Part shown: one piece after another, positions 53,579 through 64,000 of the stretch
Numbering within the stretch: the first letter of the stretch is position 1
Layout: every line of letters starts with the position of its first letter
Assembly: GCA_963807635.1 (NCBI GenBank)
Contig: CAWEDJ010000022.1
Span: 17,877-81,876, forward strand
Direction of reading: 5' to 3'
Source of the DNA: an uncultured cyanobacterium
GTDB lineage: Bacteria; Cyanobacteriota; Cyanobacteriia; Cyanobacteriales; Microcystaceae
Length of the DNA: 64,000 nt
Notes under the pieces: generated by a model
What the model was told of the DNA's origin: nothing
Seen by the model: only the letters and a program-made list of their open reading frames with translations
The model's database searches: none
Made by a program: the position numbers and the translations under genes

Positions 53579-54943
53579 ATGACTTTAAATATTTCTGTTA
53601 GGGAACTCAGTAAAATTCTGGATATTCCTATTTTTAATGAAGAGGATTTATCCAAGAATTTACGGATATCTCAGGTGGCAACGGATTCTCGTGCTTTAGG
53701 GGCAGGAGATGTTTTTGTTGCGTTACGGGGAGAAAATTTTGATGGCCATGAATTTGCTCAAACGGCTATAGAGCGGGGTGCGATCGCCTTAATTGTAGAT
53801 CACCCAGTTGAAATAAATTCGGATTTAAAGATTCCCCAATTAGTCGTTTCAGATACATTAGTTGCCTACCAAAAAATTGCCCAGTGGTGGCGAAATCAAT
53901 TTTCAATTCCCATTATTGGGGTAACAGGTTCAGTCGGAAAAACAACAACTAAGGAACTAATTGCCGCCGCTCTCTCGCTTCACGGGAAAGTGCATAAAAC
54001 CCAGGCTAATTATAATAATGAAATCGGGGTTCCTAAGACGTTATTAGAGATTACATCCGATCATGATTATGCCATTATTGAAATGGCTATGCGGGGACGG
54101 GGAGAAATTGCTCTTTTAGCTCAAATTGCCCAGCCGACGATTGGCTTAATTACAAATGTGGGGACGGCCCATATTGGTCGTTTAGGCTCGGAACAGGCGA
54201 TCGCCGAAGCGAAATGTGAGTTACTCGCGGAAATGCCCAATAGTAGTATTGCAATTTTGAATCAGGATAATGAAAGGTTAATTAAGACCGCATCCCAGTT
54301 CTGGTCGGGACAAACCGTGACCTATGGATTGGAAGGAGGAGATATTTACGGAAAATTGATTGATTCTCAAACCTTACAAGTAGAAAATTCTATTTTTCCC
54401 CTGCCGTTGCCTGGTCGTCATAATGCGTTAAATTATCTGGCAGTTCTGGCGATCGCGAAAGTTTTAGGACTAGATTGGGAAATATTGACCCCAGGTTTAA
54501 CGGTGGAGTTGCCAGGGGGTCGCGCTCGTCGTTATGATTTGGGTCATGATATTTTGTTATTGGATGAGACCTATAATGCGGGACTGGAATCGATGTTAGC
54601 CGCCCTCGATTTACTTCAGGAAACTCCAGGAAAACGACGGATTGCGGTGCTAGGAGCCATGAAGGAATTGGGAGAGCGATCGCCCGAATTCCATCAACGA
54701 GTCGGTGAAAGAGTTAAAAATTTAGGATTAGATTATCTCTTTGTTTTGACCAATGATCCCGATGCCGAATATCTTGTCAAAGGAGCGGAGGGAATTGAAA
54801 CAGAATGCTTTGCAACCCACGAAGCACTCATTGAACGGCTAAAAAACTTTATGACCAGTGGCGATCGCCTGTTATTCAAAGCGTCTAATTCTGTGGGGCT
54901 GGGAAAAGTCGTTGCGGGTTTAAACCAAAATGCGGGGAAGTAA
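53579..54943 (+). CDS. murF: UDP-MurNAc-tripeptide D-Ala-D-Ala ligase
   Basis: TDSR, GENFDGH, VTGSVGKTTTKE, NYNNEIGVP, DETYNA, LGAMKELG, FKAS. Confidence 0.96.
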   Translation: MTLNISVRELSKILDIPIFNEEDLSKNLRISQVATDSRALGAGDVFVALRGENFDGHEFAQTAIERGAIALIVDHPVEINSDLKIPQLVVSDTLVAYQKIAQWWRNQFSIPIIGVTGSVGKTTTKELIAAALSLHGKVHKTQANYNNEIGVPKTLLEITSDHDYAIIEMAMRGRGEIALLAQIAQPTIGLITNVGTAHIGRLGSEQAIAEAKCELLAEMPNSSIAILNQDNERLIKTASQFWSGQTVTYGLEGGDIYGKLIDSQTLQVENSIFPLPLPGRHNALNYLAVLAIAKVLGLDWEILTPGLTVELPGGRARRYDLGHDILLLDETYNAGLESMLAALDLLQETPGKRRIAVLGAMKELGERSPEFHQRVGERVKNLGLDYLFVLTNDPDAEYLVKGAEGIETECFATHEALIERLKNFMTSGDRLLFKASNSVGLGKVVAGLNQNAGK

Positions 54944-54945
54944 CT

Positions 54946-55317
54946 CTATAATGTTTGCAAATAAGTGAGTAAATCGGCCATATCCTGAGTCTTGGGCTGA
55001 AATTTTGGCATGGGAGGAGTTTTTCCACTAATGACCTGCTCAATTAAGCGACTAGGGACTTTTCTCTCTCGAACCGCTTCTAAGTTAGGGCCGATATTAC
55101 CCCTTCCATCTAATCCATGACAAACGGCACAATTTGCCTGAAACATTGCCTTTCCCCGCTCTAAGCTCCCTGTCAGGGATAGTACTTCTTGAACATAGGG
55201 GTCAGAAACCTGGGTTAAATACCAACTTCCCATCAGGGTAGTTGCCAATAGCAAAACGACAATAAGGGTGATGACTGGACGCAACAGAAATTTGGGTTGG
55301 AGGATGGGCTTATCCAT
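54946..55317 (-). CDS. cytM: Cytochrome cM
   Basis: N-terminal TM, DPYVQEVL, CAVCHG, GKTPPMPKFQP, MADLL.YL. Confidence 0.9.
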   Translation of the reverse strand: MDKPILQPKFLLRPVITLIVVLLLATTLMGSWYLTQVSDPYVQEVLSLTGSLERGKAMFQANCAVCHGLDGRGNIGPNLEAVRERKVPSRLIEQVISGKTPPMPKFQPKTQDMADLLTYLQTL

Positions 55318-55496
55318 GAGACGACTCAGACATCTTGTTAAGAGGTTGCAATATTTCGGGAGTTAAAAACCATTTTATCCCAATTTTTGTAACAAATCCG
55401 CAACAGTCCCTGAAGAAATTCTGGCACTTAGGGGATTCCGTTAAGATCAATTAAAGAAACTCTTAAGATTTACGCTTAAATTTTTATTTACTTAAC

Positions 55497-56621
55497 ATGA
55501 ATCGTTATTTTATTTTCATTAGAATAGTTTTAGCCAGTTGCCTACTGGGTAGTTTGGGCGGTGAAATTCTACCCGTCTTTGCCCAGGCAGATGAATTGAT
55601 GGAACCCAGTTTGCCCAAGGAAGAAAGGCTTCCTACGACCAGTAAAACTAAGCAATTACAGGCATTATTGCGCCAAGGCCTCCAATATGTAAGGTTAGGA
55701 GACTATGCCAATGCGATCGCGATCTATCAACAGGCGGCAGGAATTGATCAAGCAAATGCCAAACTACTGGGGGGAATGGGCTATTTATTGGCACGGCAAG
55801 GTCGTTTTCCTGAAGCAATTCAAGCCTATCAATCCGCTCTCTCCATTGATCCCAATGATCCTGATTTTTATGATGGACTCGGTTATAGTTACGCTAGGGC
55901 GGGTAATAATGCCAATGCTATTACGGCCTATTCTTCGGCGATCGCCTTAGAGCCAAAAAACGTTAAATATCACTTGGGATTGGGGGTCGTTCTGTTGCGA
56001 GAAAAAGATTATCCCCGTGTCCTTCGTATCTATAAACAAGTGCTTGCCCTAGATCCCAAGAATGCAGAGGCGGTAGTTCTGATGGGATCTTCCCTGCTCC
56101 AACAGCAATTATGGGATGAAAGTATTAATTTTCTCCAGAGTGCTATTCCCCATTTTCCCAAACGCAATGAATTATCCCTACAACTCGCGATCGCCTATAT
56201 CAATAAAGGGAAAAATCAAGAGGCAGAAAAACTTTTAACCCAAATTCTGCGACAAAACCCCAACAACCTGACAGCAAAGTTTCAATTAAGTCAAATCCAA
56301 GAAAAAGATAGACGATTAGCGGAAGCTTTGACGGGTTATCGCCAACTCGTCCGACTTAATCCGAATGCGATCGCTGCGAAAATCGGCATAGGAAGAATTT
56401 TACTCGCGAAGGAAAACTACCAAGAAGCCGTCAGCGTTTATCAAGAATTAAATCGTCTTGACCCCGACAATCCTGATATTCTTTATTATTTGGGTTTAGC
56501 ATTAAAAAATAGCAATCAAACCGAGAAAGCGACTACTATTCTCAAAAAGTCCCGCGATCTCTACCAAAAAAATCAAAATCCGAAGGGAATAGAGCAAGTG
56601 GATCAACTATTGGCTCAATAA
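55497..56621 (+). CDS. Exported TPR protein
   Basis: Signal peptide and multiple TPRs. Confidence 0.88.
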   Translation: MNRYFIFIRIVLASCLLGSLGGEILPVFAQADELMEPSLPKEERLPTTSKTKQLQALLRQGLQYVRLGDYANAIAIYQQAAGIDQANAKLLGGMGYLLARQGRFPEAIQAYQSALSIDPNDPDFYDGLGYSYARAGNNANAITAYSSAIALEPKNVKYHLGLGVVLLREKDYPRVLRIYKQVLALDPKNAEAVVLMGSSLLQQQLWDESINFLQSAIPHFPKRNELSLQLAIAYINKGKNQEAEKLLTQILRQNPNNLTAKFQLSQIQEKDRRLAEALTGYRQLVRLNPNAIAAKIGIGRILLAKENYQEAVSVYQELNRLDPDNPDILYYLGLALKNSNQTEKATTILKKSRDLYQKNQNPKGIEQVDQLLAQ

Positions 56622-56678
56622 TACAGAAAATTGCGTGCTCCAGGCAGATAATTGCAAGAATAGGCAGAATAATGAAGC

Positions 56679-57519
56679 TTAGTGTCGCCAAATAGCATCG
56701 GCCATGCGACAAACTTGCACCATCTCAGCCACATCATGCACCCGTAAAATATCTGCTCCATTGGAGATCGCGGCACAACAAGCCGCCCCAGTCCCCCAAA
56801 CCCGTTGTTGCGGTTCAGGTTGCTGGAGAATATGACCAATAAAACTTTTGCGGGAAAGTCCCCACCAATAAGGGCAAGTCAAGGGAACGAAATTGGGATA
56901 ATTGTCGAATTAAATCCAAATTTTGACTGATGGTTTTAGCAAAACCAATACCTGGATCAAGAATTAAATGAGTTTTCGGAATCCCAAAATTCAGAGATTG
57001 CTGGATCTGATGTTCAAAAAATTGTTGAATATCTGGTGTTAAATCCTCATAATCCGTCAATTGTTGCATTGTTTGTGGTGTTCCTCTCAGGTGCATGAGA
57101 ATAATAGGAACGCCTAACTGGGCAACCGTCGGTAACATCAACGGATCAAAGGTTCCGCCCGAAATATCATTCACCCAATCCGCCCCCACTTCTATGGCTT
57201 TTCTAGCAACTTCGGCGCGGGTCGTATCAATAGAAATGGGAATATTCAGTTCCCTGCGTAAAGCTTCAATCACGGGAATGGTGCGTTCTAATTCTTCCGC
57301 TAAACTAATGGTTTCTGCCCCAGGACGAGTCGATTGTCCGCCAATATCGAGAATATCAGCCCCATCACAAACCATCCGATGGGCTTGCTGAATCGCAGCT
57401 TCTAGGGTATTAAATTGACCACCATCACTAAAACTGTCGGGAGTCGTGTTTAAAATTCCCATGATATAGGTGCGATCGCCCCAATGGAAGGCCGTTTCTC
57501 GGATAATTAATGGTTGCAT
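56679..57519 (-). CDS. folP: Dihydropteroate synthase; frameshift ~56860
   Basis: MGILNTTPDSFSDGG, GGQSTRPG, SIDT, DPGIGF, SRKSFIG, ILRVHDV. Confidence 0.96.
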
Positions 57520-57644
57520 TGCGTTTTCATAGGATTAAGGGACTTTTTGATTGCTCAATCAGACGACAGCGTAATCTATAATGATTGAAAGTTGGGATTA
57601 ATTAATTGCCCGTCTGGGTTAAAAAGGCATAGTTAGTATTAAAA

Positions 57645-59450
57645 ATGAAATCGATTGTTGAACAGTTAAATGAAATTTTTTTCGAGAGTCTGACAACAGT
57701 TTTTGGGTCAGAAATTAGCTTACCTTATCCTCTTATTGTACCTGCAACCAATCCTAAATTTGGCGATTTTCAATGTAATATTGCTTTACCTTTAGCAAAA
57801 ATCTTAGGCGAAAAGCCCAGGGCGATCGCCGAAAAAATTGTCGCGGCAGTTGATCTGAGTGATATTTGTGAACCCTTAGAAATTGCTGGGCCAGGGTTTA
57901 TCAATCTCAAATTAACTAACGATTATCTAATCTCTCAAGTTAAAATTATTCAAAATGATCCCCGTTTGGGTGTGGAAAAAGTTACGGAACCAGAACGCAT
58001 TGTAGTCGATTTTTCCAGTCCGAATATTGCCAAAGAAATGCACGTTGGTCATTTGCGCTCTACTATTATTGGGGATGTTATTGCTCGAATCTTAGAATTT
58101 CGGGGTTATGATGTTCTCCGATTAAATCATGTAGGTGATTGGGGAACTCAGTTCGGGATGTTAATTACTCATTTAAGAGATCTTTATCCTGAAATGATCG
58201 CTCAGGCAGCAGATGAGATCAATTACGAAATTAATTACGAAGGTTTTAAGTTTTTACAATTAATCCCGTTAGGAGATTTAGTAAGCTTTTATAAACAGGC
58301 GAAAAAGCGTTTTGATGAGGATGAAGAATTTAAAGGACGAGCGCATCAAGCAGTTGTTCAACTCCAATCTGGAGATCCAGAAAGTCTTGTAGCTTGGAAA
58401 ATACTTTGTGAACAATCTCGCCAAGAATTTGATGTAATCTATAGGTTATTAAATATTAACCTAATAGAACGCGGAGAATCTTTTTACAATGCTTTTTTAC
58501 CCGCCGTTGTCAGTGAATTAGAAGAGGCTGGTTTACTCATAGAAGATGATGGCGCAAAATGTGTTTTCCTAGAAGGATTTAGCAACAAAGACGGCAATCC
58601 CTTACCCTTAATTATTCAAAAATCCGATGGGGGCTATAATTACGCAACAACTGATTTAGCTGCTTTAAAATATCGCATTAATACCGACCAAGCTAATCGC
58701 ATTATTTATGTCACTGATGCAGGTCAGTCCAATCATTTTACGCAATTTTTTCAAGTTGCAAAAAGAGCAGGTATTCTCACCGAAAAAACAACCGTTGTTC
58801 ATGTTCCCTTTGGTCTAGTGAAAGGAGAAGATGGCAAAAAATTAAAGACGCGATCGGGTGACACGATTCGTTTAATCGATTTATTAACGGAAGCCGTTAA
58901 ACGGAGTCGTCAAGATATAGAAACACGATTAGCAGAAGAATCTCGCCAAGAAACTCCTGAATTTATTAATCACGTTGCTCAAGTCGTCGGCATTGCGGCC
59001 ATTAAATATGCAGATTTAAGTCAAAATCGTACGAGTGATTATGTATTTAGCTACGACAAAATGCTTTCTCTCCAAGGCAATACTGCACCCTATTTAATTT
59101 ATGCCTATGCTCGAATTAAAAGTATTAGCCGAGAAGGAAATATTAATTATGATGAATTAGGTGAAAATGCGTCTATTATCCTTAAAGAAGCAACGGAATT
59201 AGATTTAGCAAAAGACCTATTAAAACTCAGTGAAGTGATCAAAGAAGTTGAATCGAGTTTACTGCCCAATCGTCTTTGTGATTATCTCTATGAACTGAGC
59301 AAAAAATACAATAAATTTTATGAAAATTGTCCTGTTCTTAAAGCCGATGAACCGATTAAAACATCTCGTTTAATTCTGTGTAATTTAACGGCTAGAACGT
59401 TAAAATTGGGATTATCTTTGTTGGGAATTGATGTGTTAGAGCGAATGTAA
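57645..59450 (+). CDS. argS: Arginine-tRNA ligase
   Basis: [38 protein letters not shown]. Confidence 0.97.
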   Translation: MKSIVEQLNEIFFESLTTVFGSEISLPYPLIVPATNPKFGDFQCNIALPLAKILGEKPRAIAEKIVAAVDLSDICEPLEIAGPGFINLKLTNDYLISQVKIIQNDPRLGVEKVTEPERIVVDFSSPNIAKEMHVGHLRSTIIGDVIARILEFRGYDVLRLNHVGDWGTQFGMLITHLRDLYPEMIAQAADEINYEINYEGFKFLQLIPLGDLVSFYKQAKKRFDEDEEFKGRAHQAVVQLQSGDPESLVAWKILCEQSRQEFDVIYRLLNINLIERGESFYNAFLPAVVSELEEAGLLIEDDGAKCVFLEGFSNKDGNPLPLIIQKSDGGYNYATTDLAALKYRINTDQANRIIYVTDAGQSNHFTQFFQVAKRAGILTEKTTVVHVPFGLVKGEDGKKLKTRSGDTIRLIDLLTEAVKRSRQDIETRLAEESRQETPEFINHVAQVVGIAAIKYADLSQNRTSDYVFSYDKMLSLQGNTAPYLIYAYARIKSISREGNINYDELGENASIILKEATELDLAKDLLKLSEVIKEVESSLLPNRLCDYLYELSKKYNKFYENCPVLKADEPIKTSRLILCNLTARTLKLGLSLLGIDVLERM

Positions 59451-59578
59451 ATCGAGAACTCAAGGCGACTCGTTTAGTTGGGAACAGGTCGGAAAGTCTA
59501 TTTCTAAAAATCAAATATTTCCACGCCTAAAAAATAGCGATAAAATTAACTTATATAGAATATCTGAGGGGGATAAAC

Positions 59579-60204
59579 ATGGTTATTGCTCAAGAGAAAC
59601 CGACTATTGCGACTGCAACTAAAACCTTGATTACGTTGGAAGAATATCGGGCGATCGCGGAAAGGCCGAGGAACGTTATGAATATTGCAATGGAGAAATG
59701 ATTGTTATGTCTGGAGGAACCGCAATCCATAGCGCGATCGCGATCAACATATTGGTTTATTTGGGATTTTTGTTAAGAGATACGGATTTTCGTTTGTATA
59801 ATAGCGATCTGCGGGTGTGGATTCCTGAGCATCATTGCGGAACCTATACCGATCTGATGGTAGTTAATCATGAACCAGAATTTAATGGTGATCGCACAGA
59901 TGAAATTCTTAATCCTTTATTCATTGTAGAAGTGCTTTCTCCCTCAACAGAAGCCTATGATCGCGGTGATAAATTTAGAAAATATCGCTCTATACCGAGT
60001 TTTTGTGAATATCTGGTCGTTAGTCAAGCCGAACCCTATATTGAGAAATATCTGAGATTAGAAAAAGGCGATCGCTGGCAATTACAAACCTACGATCAAC
60101 TTGATCAAATAATCTATCTAGAAAGTTTAAATATCGAACTTCCGTTGCAAGAAATCTATCGTCGCATTGATTTTGACCATCTTCCTGAAGAAATATCCCC
60201 ATAA
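59579..60204 (+). CDS. Uma2 (DUF820) protein; frameshift ~59663
   Basis: TLEEYR...RYEYCNGEMIVMSGG, VEVLSPSTEAYDRGDKF..YR.IPSF.EY. Confidence 0.9.
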
Positions 60205-60305
60205 AATAAAAGTCAAAATTAGAGATCGCGATTTTGAGAAAAAGTCTAAATCTCTGTTAGAAATAGATTAGGTAAGCAAATTGTTATTTGATGAGGGAGA
60301 AAGCA

Positions 60306-60587
60306 ATGGCAACAGTTGCAATTGATATTGGTACATTGATTGTCAGAACCCCAGGTTTACATGGTGGAGTTCCCCATATTGTAGGTAAGGGAGTAACGGT
60401 GCGGCGGATTGTGAGTTGGTATCAGCAAGGTTTAATGCCAGAGGAGATTGCCCATCGCATTGGCCATGTAACGTTAGCAGAAGTTTATGCGGCGTTGACC
60501 TACTATCATGCGAACCGTGAGGAAATTGAGGCAGATTTGCAACGGGAAACATTGATGGCCCAAGCATTAGAGCAACAATATACCTAA
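60306..60587 (+). CDS. DUF433 antitoxin
   Basis: PGLHGGVPHI.G..VTV, TLAEVYAALTYYHANREEI. Confidence 0.9.
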   Translation: MATVAIDIGTLIVRTPGLHGGVPHIVGKGVTVRRIVSWYQQGLMPEEIAHRIGHVTLAEVYAALTYYHANREEIEADLQRETLMAQALEQQYT

Positions 60588-60604
60588 GCAGGAGAGTCGG
60601 CTTT

Positions 60605-61109
60605 ATGACTTCAATTCGTCTATATCTTGACGAGGATTCAATGGATTGGGTTTTGGTACAGGCTTTGCGATCGCGGAATATTGATATTAGACCTGTTGGG
60701 ATATAAGAACTAAAATCGTTGAAAGCTTTACCTGGCCTAGCATTCAGCGATTTGACGCAGAGATAGCTAAAAGGCTTGCTGAGAAAGGGTTTCAAGTTAT
60801 TTGAGCTTATTACCCAACAACTCTATTGTGACATTACAGGAGGTTGGAACTCAGGGTTATCGGGATGATGAGCAATTAGCTTGGGCAACGGCTCAAAACA
60901 GGGTTCTCTATAGTCACAATATTGCGGATTTTTGTCGTTTACATTCTGAATGGTTAGAATTGGGTCGTTTACATTCGGGAATTGCGCTAATGGCACAGGA
61001 TACGGCGATCGGTGATCAGGTAAGGGGTCTTACGGGTTTAGTCCGTCTAAGAATGGCTGAGGCGATGGTGAATCAGCTTTTGTTTTTACGACAGTTTATT
61101 ATGGGTTAA
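60605..61109 (+). pseudogene. DUF5615 PIN-like toxin interrupted by a MITE
   Basis: MTSIRLYLDEDS...LRSRNIDI | VTLQEVG..GYRDDEQLAWA..NRVLYSHN..DF..LH...HSGI; frame is restored when the insert is removed. Confidence 0.88.
60689..60824. mobile_element. 136-bp MITE
   Basis: Imperfect TIRs AGACCTGTTGGGATATAAG / CTTATTACCCAACAACTCT; ATT duplication at 60686-88 and 60825-27. Confidence 0.85.
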
Positions 61110-61299
61110 AGATTATTAAATTTGAACATTGGCGATCGCCTTCCCTTTTTAGAACTTAAACAGCGATCGCGTTTTAAATTTTTAAGTTGCGATCGTAGTT
61201 TTACGCAGAAGTCTAATCGCAAATCATCGTCCAAGCTTTTCGACAAATCATAGAACCGAATCCAAGTTAGCGATCGCTTATTTAATTTGAAATTAAATA

Positions 61300-61521
61300 A
61301 GCAATTCTCATTATGAAAATTCTCGCCTAAAACCCTTGCTGTTAAAGGATTTCAAAATTTAAGATTCTATTTATAATTGCAACTGGAATGCGATTTTTGT
61401 CTCCCTTTGTGTGTCATCTGACGAATTTTGACTTAATGACCGCCTTACGGTGTCTCATTTCTGTAAGATGAAAGCCTGTTTTTGCTCTCTGCATAAGGCT
61501 TTTGCCATAATGAGAATTGCT
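61300..61521. mobile_element. 222-bp MITE
   Basis: Perfect 16-bp TIR AGCAATTCTCATTATG; (G)AAATTAAATA target duplication on both sides. Confidence 0.9.
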
Positions 61522-61578
61522 GAAATTAAATAATTTAAGCCGATGATTTTGATCTGTCATGTATTTTCATAGAACTTA

Positions 61579-62595
61579 CAGCCCTTTGCGTATTCAAGAC
61601 GTACAATAACAGCAGTGGGCAAAATAATTGCGGAGATGAACAGACGAGATCAGATATTTAACAGCCATTCTTAACAAAGCCTCTACTACAATCTTCGACT
61701 TCGGCACAAAACGGCGGATAAAAGCTTTTAACTCCCACCACAGATGCTCTATTGGATTAAAATCAGGAGAATAGCCCGATAAATAAATCACTTTTGCTCC
61801 CACTTCCTCCACCATTTCTTTGATACCTTCTACTTGATGAGCGCGAAGTCTGTCCATTAGGACAACCGCACCGTCCCATAACTCTGGTACTAAATTCTCT
61901 TTGACAAATTTCTTAAAATCTTCCCCTTTCATCGACTTTCCTATTATATCAAAGGCGATTACTTTCTCTTGGGTAATAGCTCCTACTACCGTCATTCTTT
62001 CTCCTCGATAGAATGGCTTTTTATCGTAGAGTCTTGTTCCTATAAAACTTCTTCCGTATTCTCTCATTATCCCTAGTAAAATAGCCATTTCATCGATAAA
62101 TACTAGATCTTCTGACTTGACATCCCTAATTTTTTCCCAATAATCTAAACGCGCTTCCTGGTTAGCTTCTGTTCCTGCTTGGCTTGCTTTTAATGTCTTT
62201 TTTTTTCGGGTTAAGTTTTCTTTTTGTAAAAAACGGCACATTGCGCTTTCACTCAGTCCCACACCCATTTTTTCCAGACAATACTCACAATACTCAGCCA
62301 AAGTATAATCAGGATATTCTGCTACCATCTTTTTTACTTCTTCCTTGTAGTCTTCTAATTGATTTTTTCTTGTTGAACCTACTCGTTTCGGTTTTACATT
62401 CCCTTGCTCTCGATACAATTTCAGCCATTCATTGACCGTACTTTTATTTATCAATAATCTTTCGGTGATTTTTCTTATCGACAGCTTTTCTACGATATAC
62501 AACGCCAATGCCCTTTCTCTTAGGTCTAGTGAGTATATTGTCATAAGTTTATTTTTCCTCTTTTTTGTTGTCTGTTCTTCTAGCGCAAAGTGCTG
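61579..62595 (-). mobile_element. IS630-family insertion sequence
   Basis: TIRs CAGCCCTTTGCG / CGCAAAGTGCTG with TA on both sides. Confidence 0.92.
61594..62544 (-). CDS. IS630 DDE transposase
   Basis: YSLDLRER, LVFIDE, VLMD, YSPDFNPIEHLW. Confidence 0.93.
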   Translation of the reverse strand: MTIYSLDLRERALALYIVEKLSIRKITERLLINKSTVNEWLKLYREQGNVKPKRVGSTRKNQLEDYKEEVKKMVAEYPDYTLAEYCEYCLEKMGVGLSESAMCRFLQKENLTRKKKTLKASQAGTEANQEARLDYWEKIRDVKSEDLVFIDEMAILLGIMREYGRSFIGTRLYDKKPFYRGERMTVVGAITQEKVIAFDIIGKSMKGEDFKKFVKENLVPELWDGAVVLMDRLRAHQVEGIKEMVEEVGAKVIYLSGYSPDFNPIEHLWWELKAFIRRFVPKSKIVVEALLRMAVKYLISSVHLRNYFAHCCYCTS

Positions 62596-62742
62596 TATTC
62601 CTTTTCTTTCAAGTACCAATATAGATTTGCAAGGTAGTGATTTGATAGTAGTGGTGGTCTAAAGAGCTTATAAAGCAGAGATCATGTACAATATTAACTA
62701 ACATCAATATTGGTCAAATCTATTTCATGAATCAACATTTTT

Positions 62743-63809
62743 ATGACTAATATTTTTGCAATATTATTTTTTGTCTTAACTCAATTGATAGTAGAACAGC
62801 AATTAACAGAGAAATATTGTCCCTCAAAGACTAATCTTAAACAGCCTTGTCCGAGTTGTGGTTCTCTTCATACTATTAAGAATGGTTCTACCCACAATGG
62901 TAAGTCCAAATGCCAGTGTAATGAGTGTGGTCGTCAGTTTGTTGTTAACCCTAGTCAGAAGACAGTTTCAGAGGAGACAAAACAATTAATTGATAGGCTC
63001 TTATCAATACCTCTGCCAAAATAAAAGCCTGCAAAAAATTTGGCAAAACTCGCAAAATCACCCACACATAGATGTTTGACTTGAAAAGTAACACCAAGCC
63101 TCAAACCCTTATATTACAAGGAATACATTTAAAAAAAACTTTCGGAAAACCTTAACGGAATTTTTTAGGATTACTACTTCTGCCAAGCCTCGCTTGAAAG
63201 AAAGTTTACCGTTAAAGTCTTCTCTACTCTCTGGACTAAATTGGCAAAGGTATTGTCTTATTAGAACGACTTTCTCTACGAGGCATTGAAAGAGCCACAG
63301 GAGTAAGTTGGTCATGGTTACAAAATTATGTGAATGATAAATTTGCCGTGATGCCTCGTCAGGTAAGCGTTTCCGAAAAAGCACGAGGGAAATTAACTAT
63401 CGAATGTGATGAACTTTGGTCATTTGTTTTCTCTAAAGAAAATAAGTTTTATGTATGGCTAGCAATAGACAGAAAAACAAGAGAAATTGTTGGCTGTTAT
63501 ATTGGAGACAGAAGCCATGCATCAGCAAAGAAACTTTGGGCAAGTCTGCCTGCTGTTTACCGACAATGTGCCGTTGCTTACACAGATTTTTGGGTATCTT
63601 ATGAGAAAGTTATTCCCCGTAAACGTCATCGGGCAGTCGGTAAAGAGACTGGTCAAACTAATCATGTTGAAAGATTAAATAATACCTTGCGACAACGAAT
63701 TTCTCGACTGGTGCGACAAAGCCTCTCTTTTTCCAAAAATGTGGAAAATCATATCGGGGCAATTTGGTACTTTATACACGACTACAATGCCCAATTAGCA
63801 AAGGCTTAA
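62743..63809 (+). pseudogene. IS1 transposase (InsA zinc finger + InsB DDE in one frame), interrupted
   Basis: CPSCGS..KNG...C.ECGRQF; ECDELWSFV, YTDFW, ERLNNTLRQR. Confidence 0.9.
63005..63255. mobile_element. 251-bp non-autonomous element (probably an IS4-type deletion derivative) nested in IS1
   Basis: TIR CAATACCTCTGCCAA / TTGGCAAAGGTATTG; 6-bp TSD TCTTAT. Confidence 0.88.
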
Positions 63810-64000
63810 GCCGCCACCACTACCATCAAATCACTACCAAACCCGTTAACTGTTTACATTTTTTTGGATTTTGACGAATATGTTCAAGAGGAGTCATCAT
63901 TTCTTATTTAGCTTTTTGGATATTTCTTTCTCTTTTTTAGCAAAAATTTAATTTTCGGACAAGTCTGTTGAGTTGCCTTAACCTTATTTTTTTTAGTGTT

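Larger units (their letters stand above)
62633..63838 (+). mobile_element. IS1-family insertion sequence carrying a nested element
   Basis: 25-bp TIR GGTAGTGATTTGATRGTAGTGGTGG (24/25); no flanking target duplication. Confidence 0.92.
1..64000. repeat. Highly iterated palindrome HIP1 (GCGATCGC), dispersed
   Basis: Dozens of copies in coding and intergenic DNA. Confidence 0.95.

Overview
64-kb chromosomal window from a unicellular cyanobacterium. HIP1 (GCGATCGC) is very abundant, and gene content and synteny resemble Synechocystis-like Chroococcales (sll1247-like/murF/cytM block, SyCRP1 next to DUF2232). It is mostly core genes: hemB, pixD, znuAC, glsF, cimA, rnz, ndhQ, pyrD, liv/nat ABC, yebC, hrcA, ccsA, crp, murF, cytM, folP, argS. 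These are interleaved with small AT-rich accessory modules and many IS/MITE elements. More than 20 single-base frameshifts, including in essential genes, point to an unpolished long-read assembly, so split ORFs are merged here. Best leads: (1) a translationally coupled pair of a degenerate DUF4276/TOPRIM-like protein and a caspase-fold (His-Gly/Ala-Cys) protease at 22.8-24.2 kb; (2) an HsdR_N nuclease-ParA fusion coupled to a ParB-like/HhH/Rho_N protein beside higBA and Uma2 at 37.1-39.3 kb; (3) an 8.8-kb inversion between two 90-bp IS1-type MITEs that splits a vapC gene; (4) cassette-like accessory genes bracketed by direct repeats (TPR gene, higBA). I saw no CRISPR array, rRNA or tRNA.
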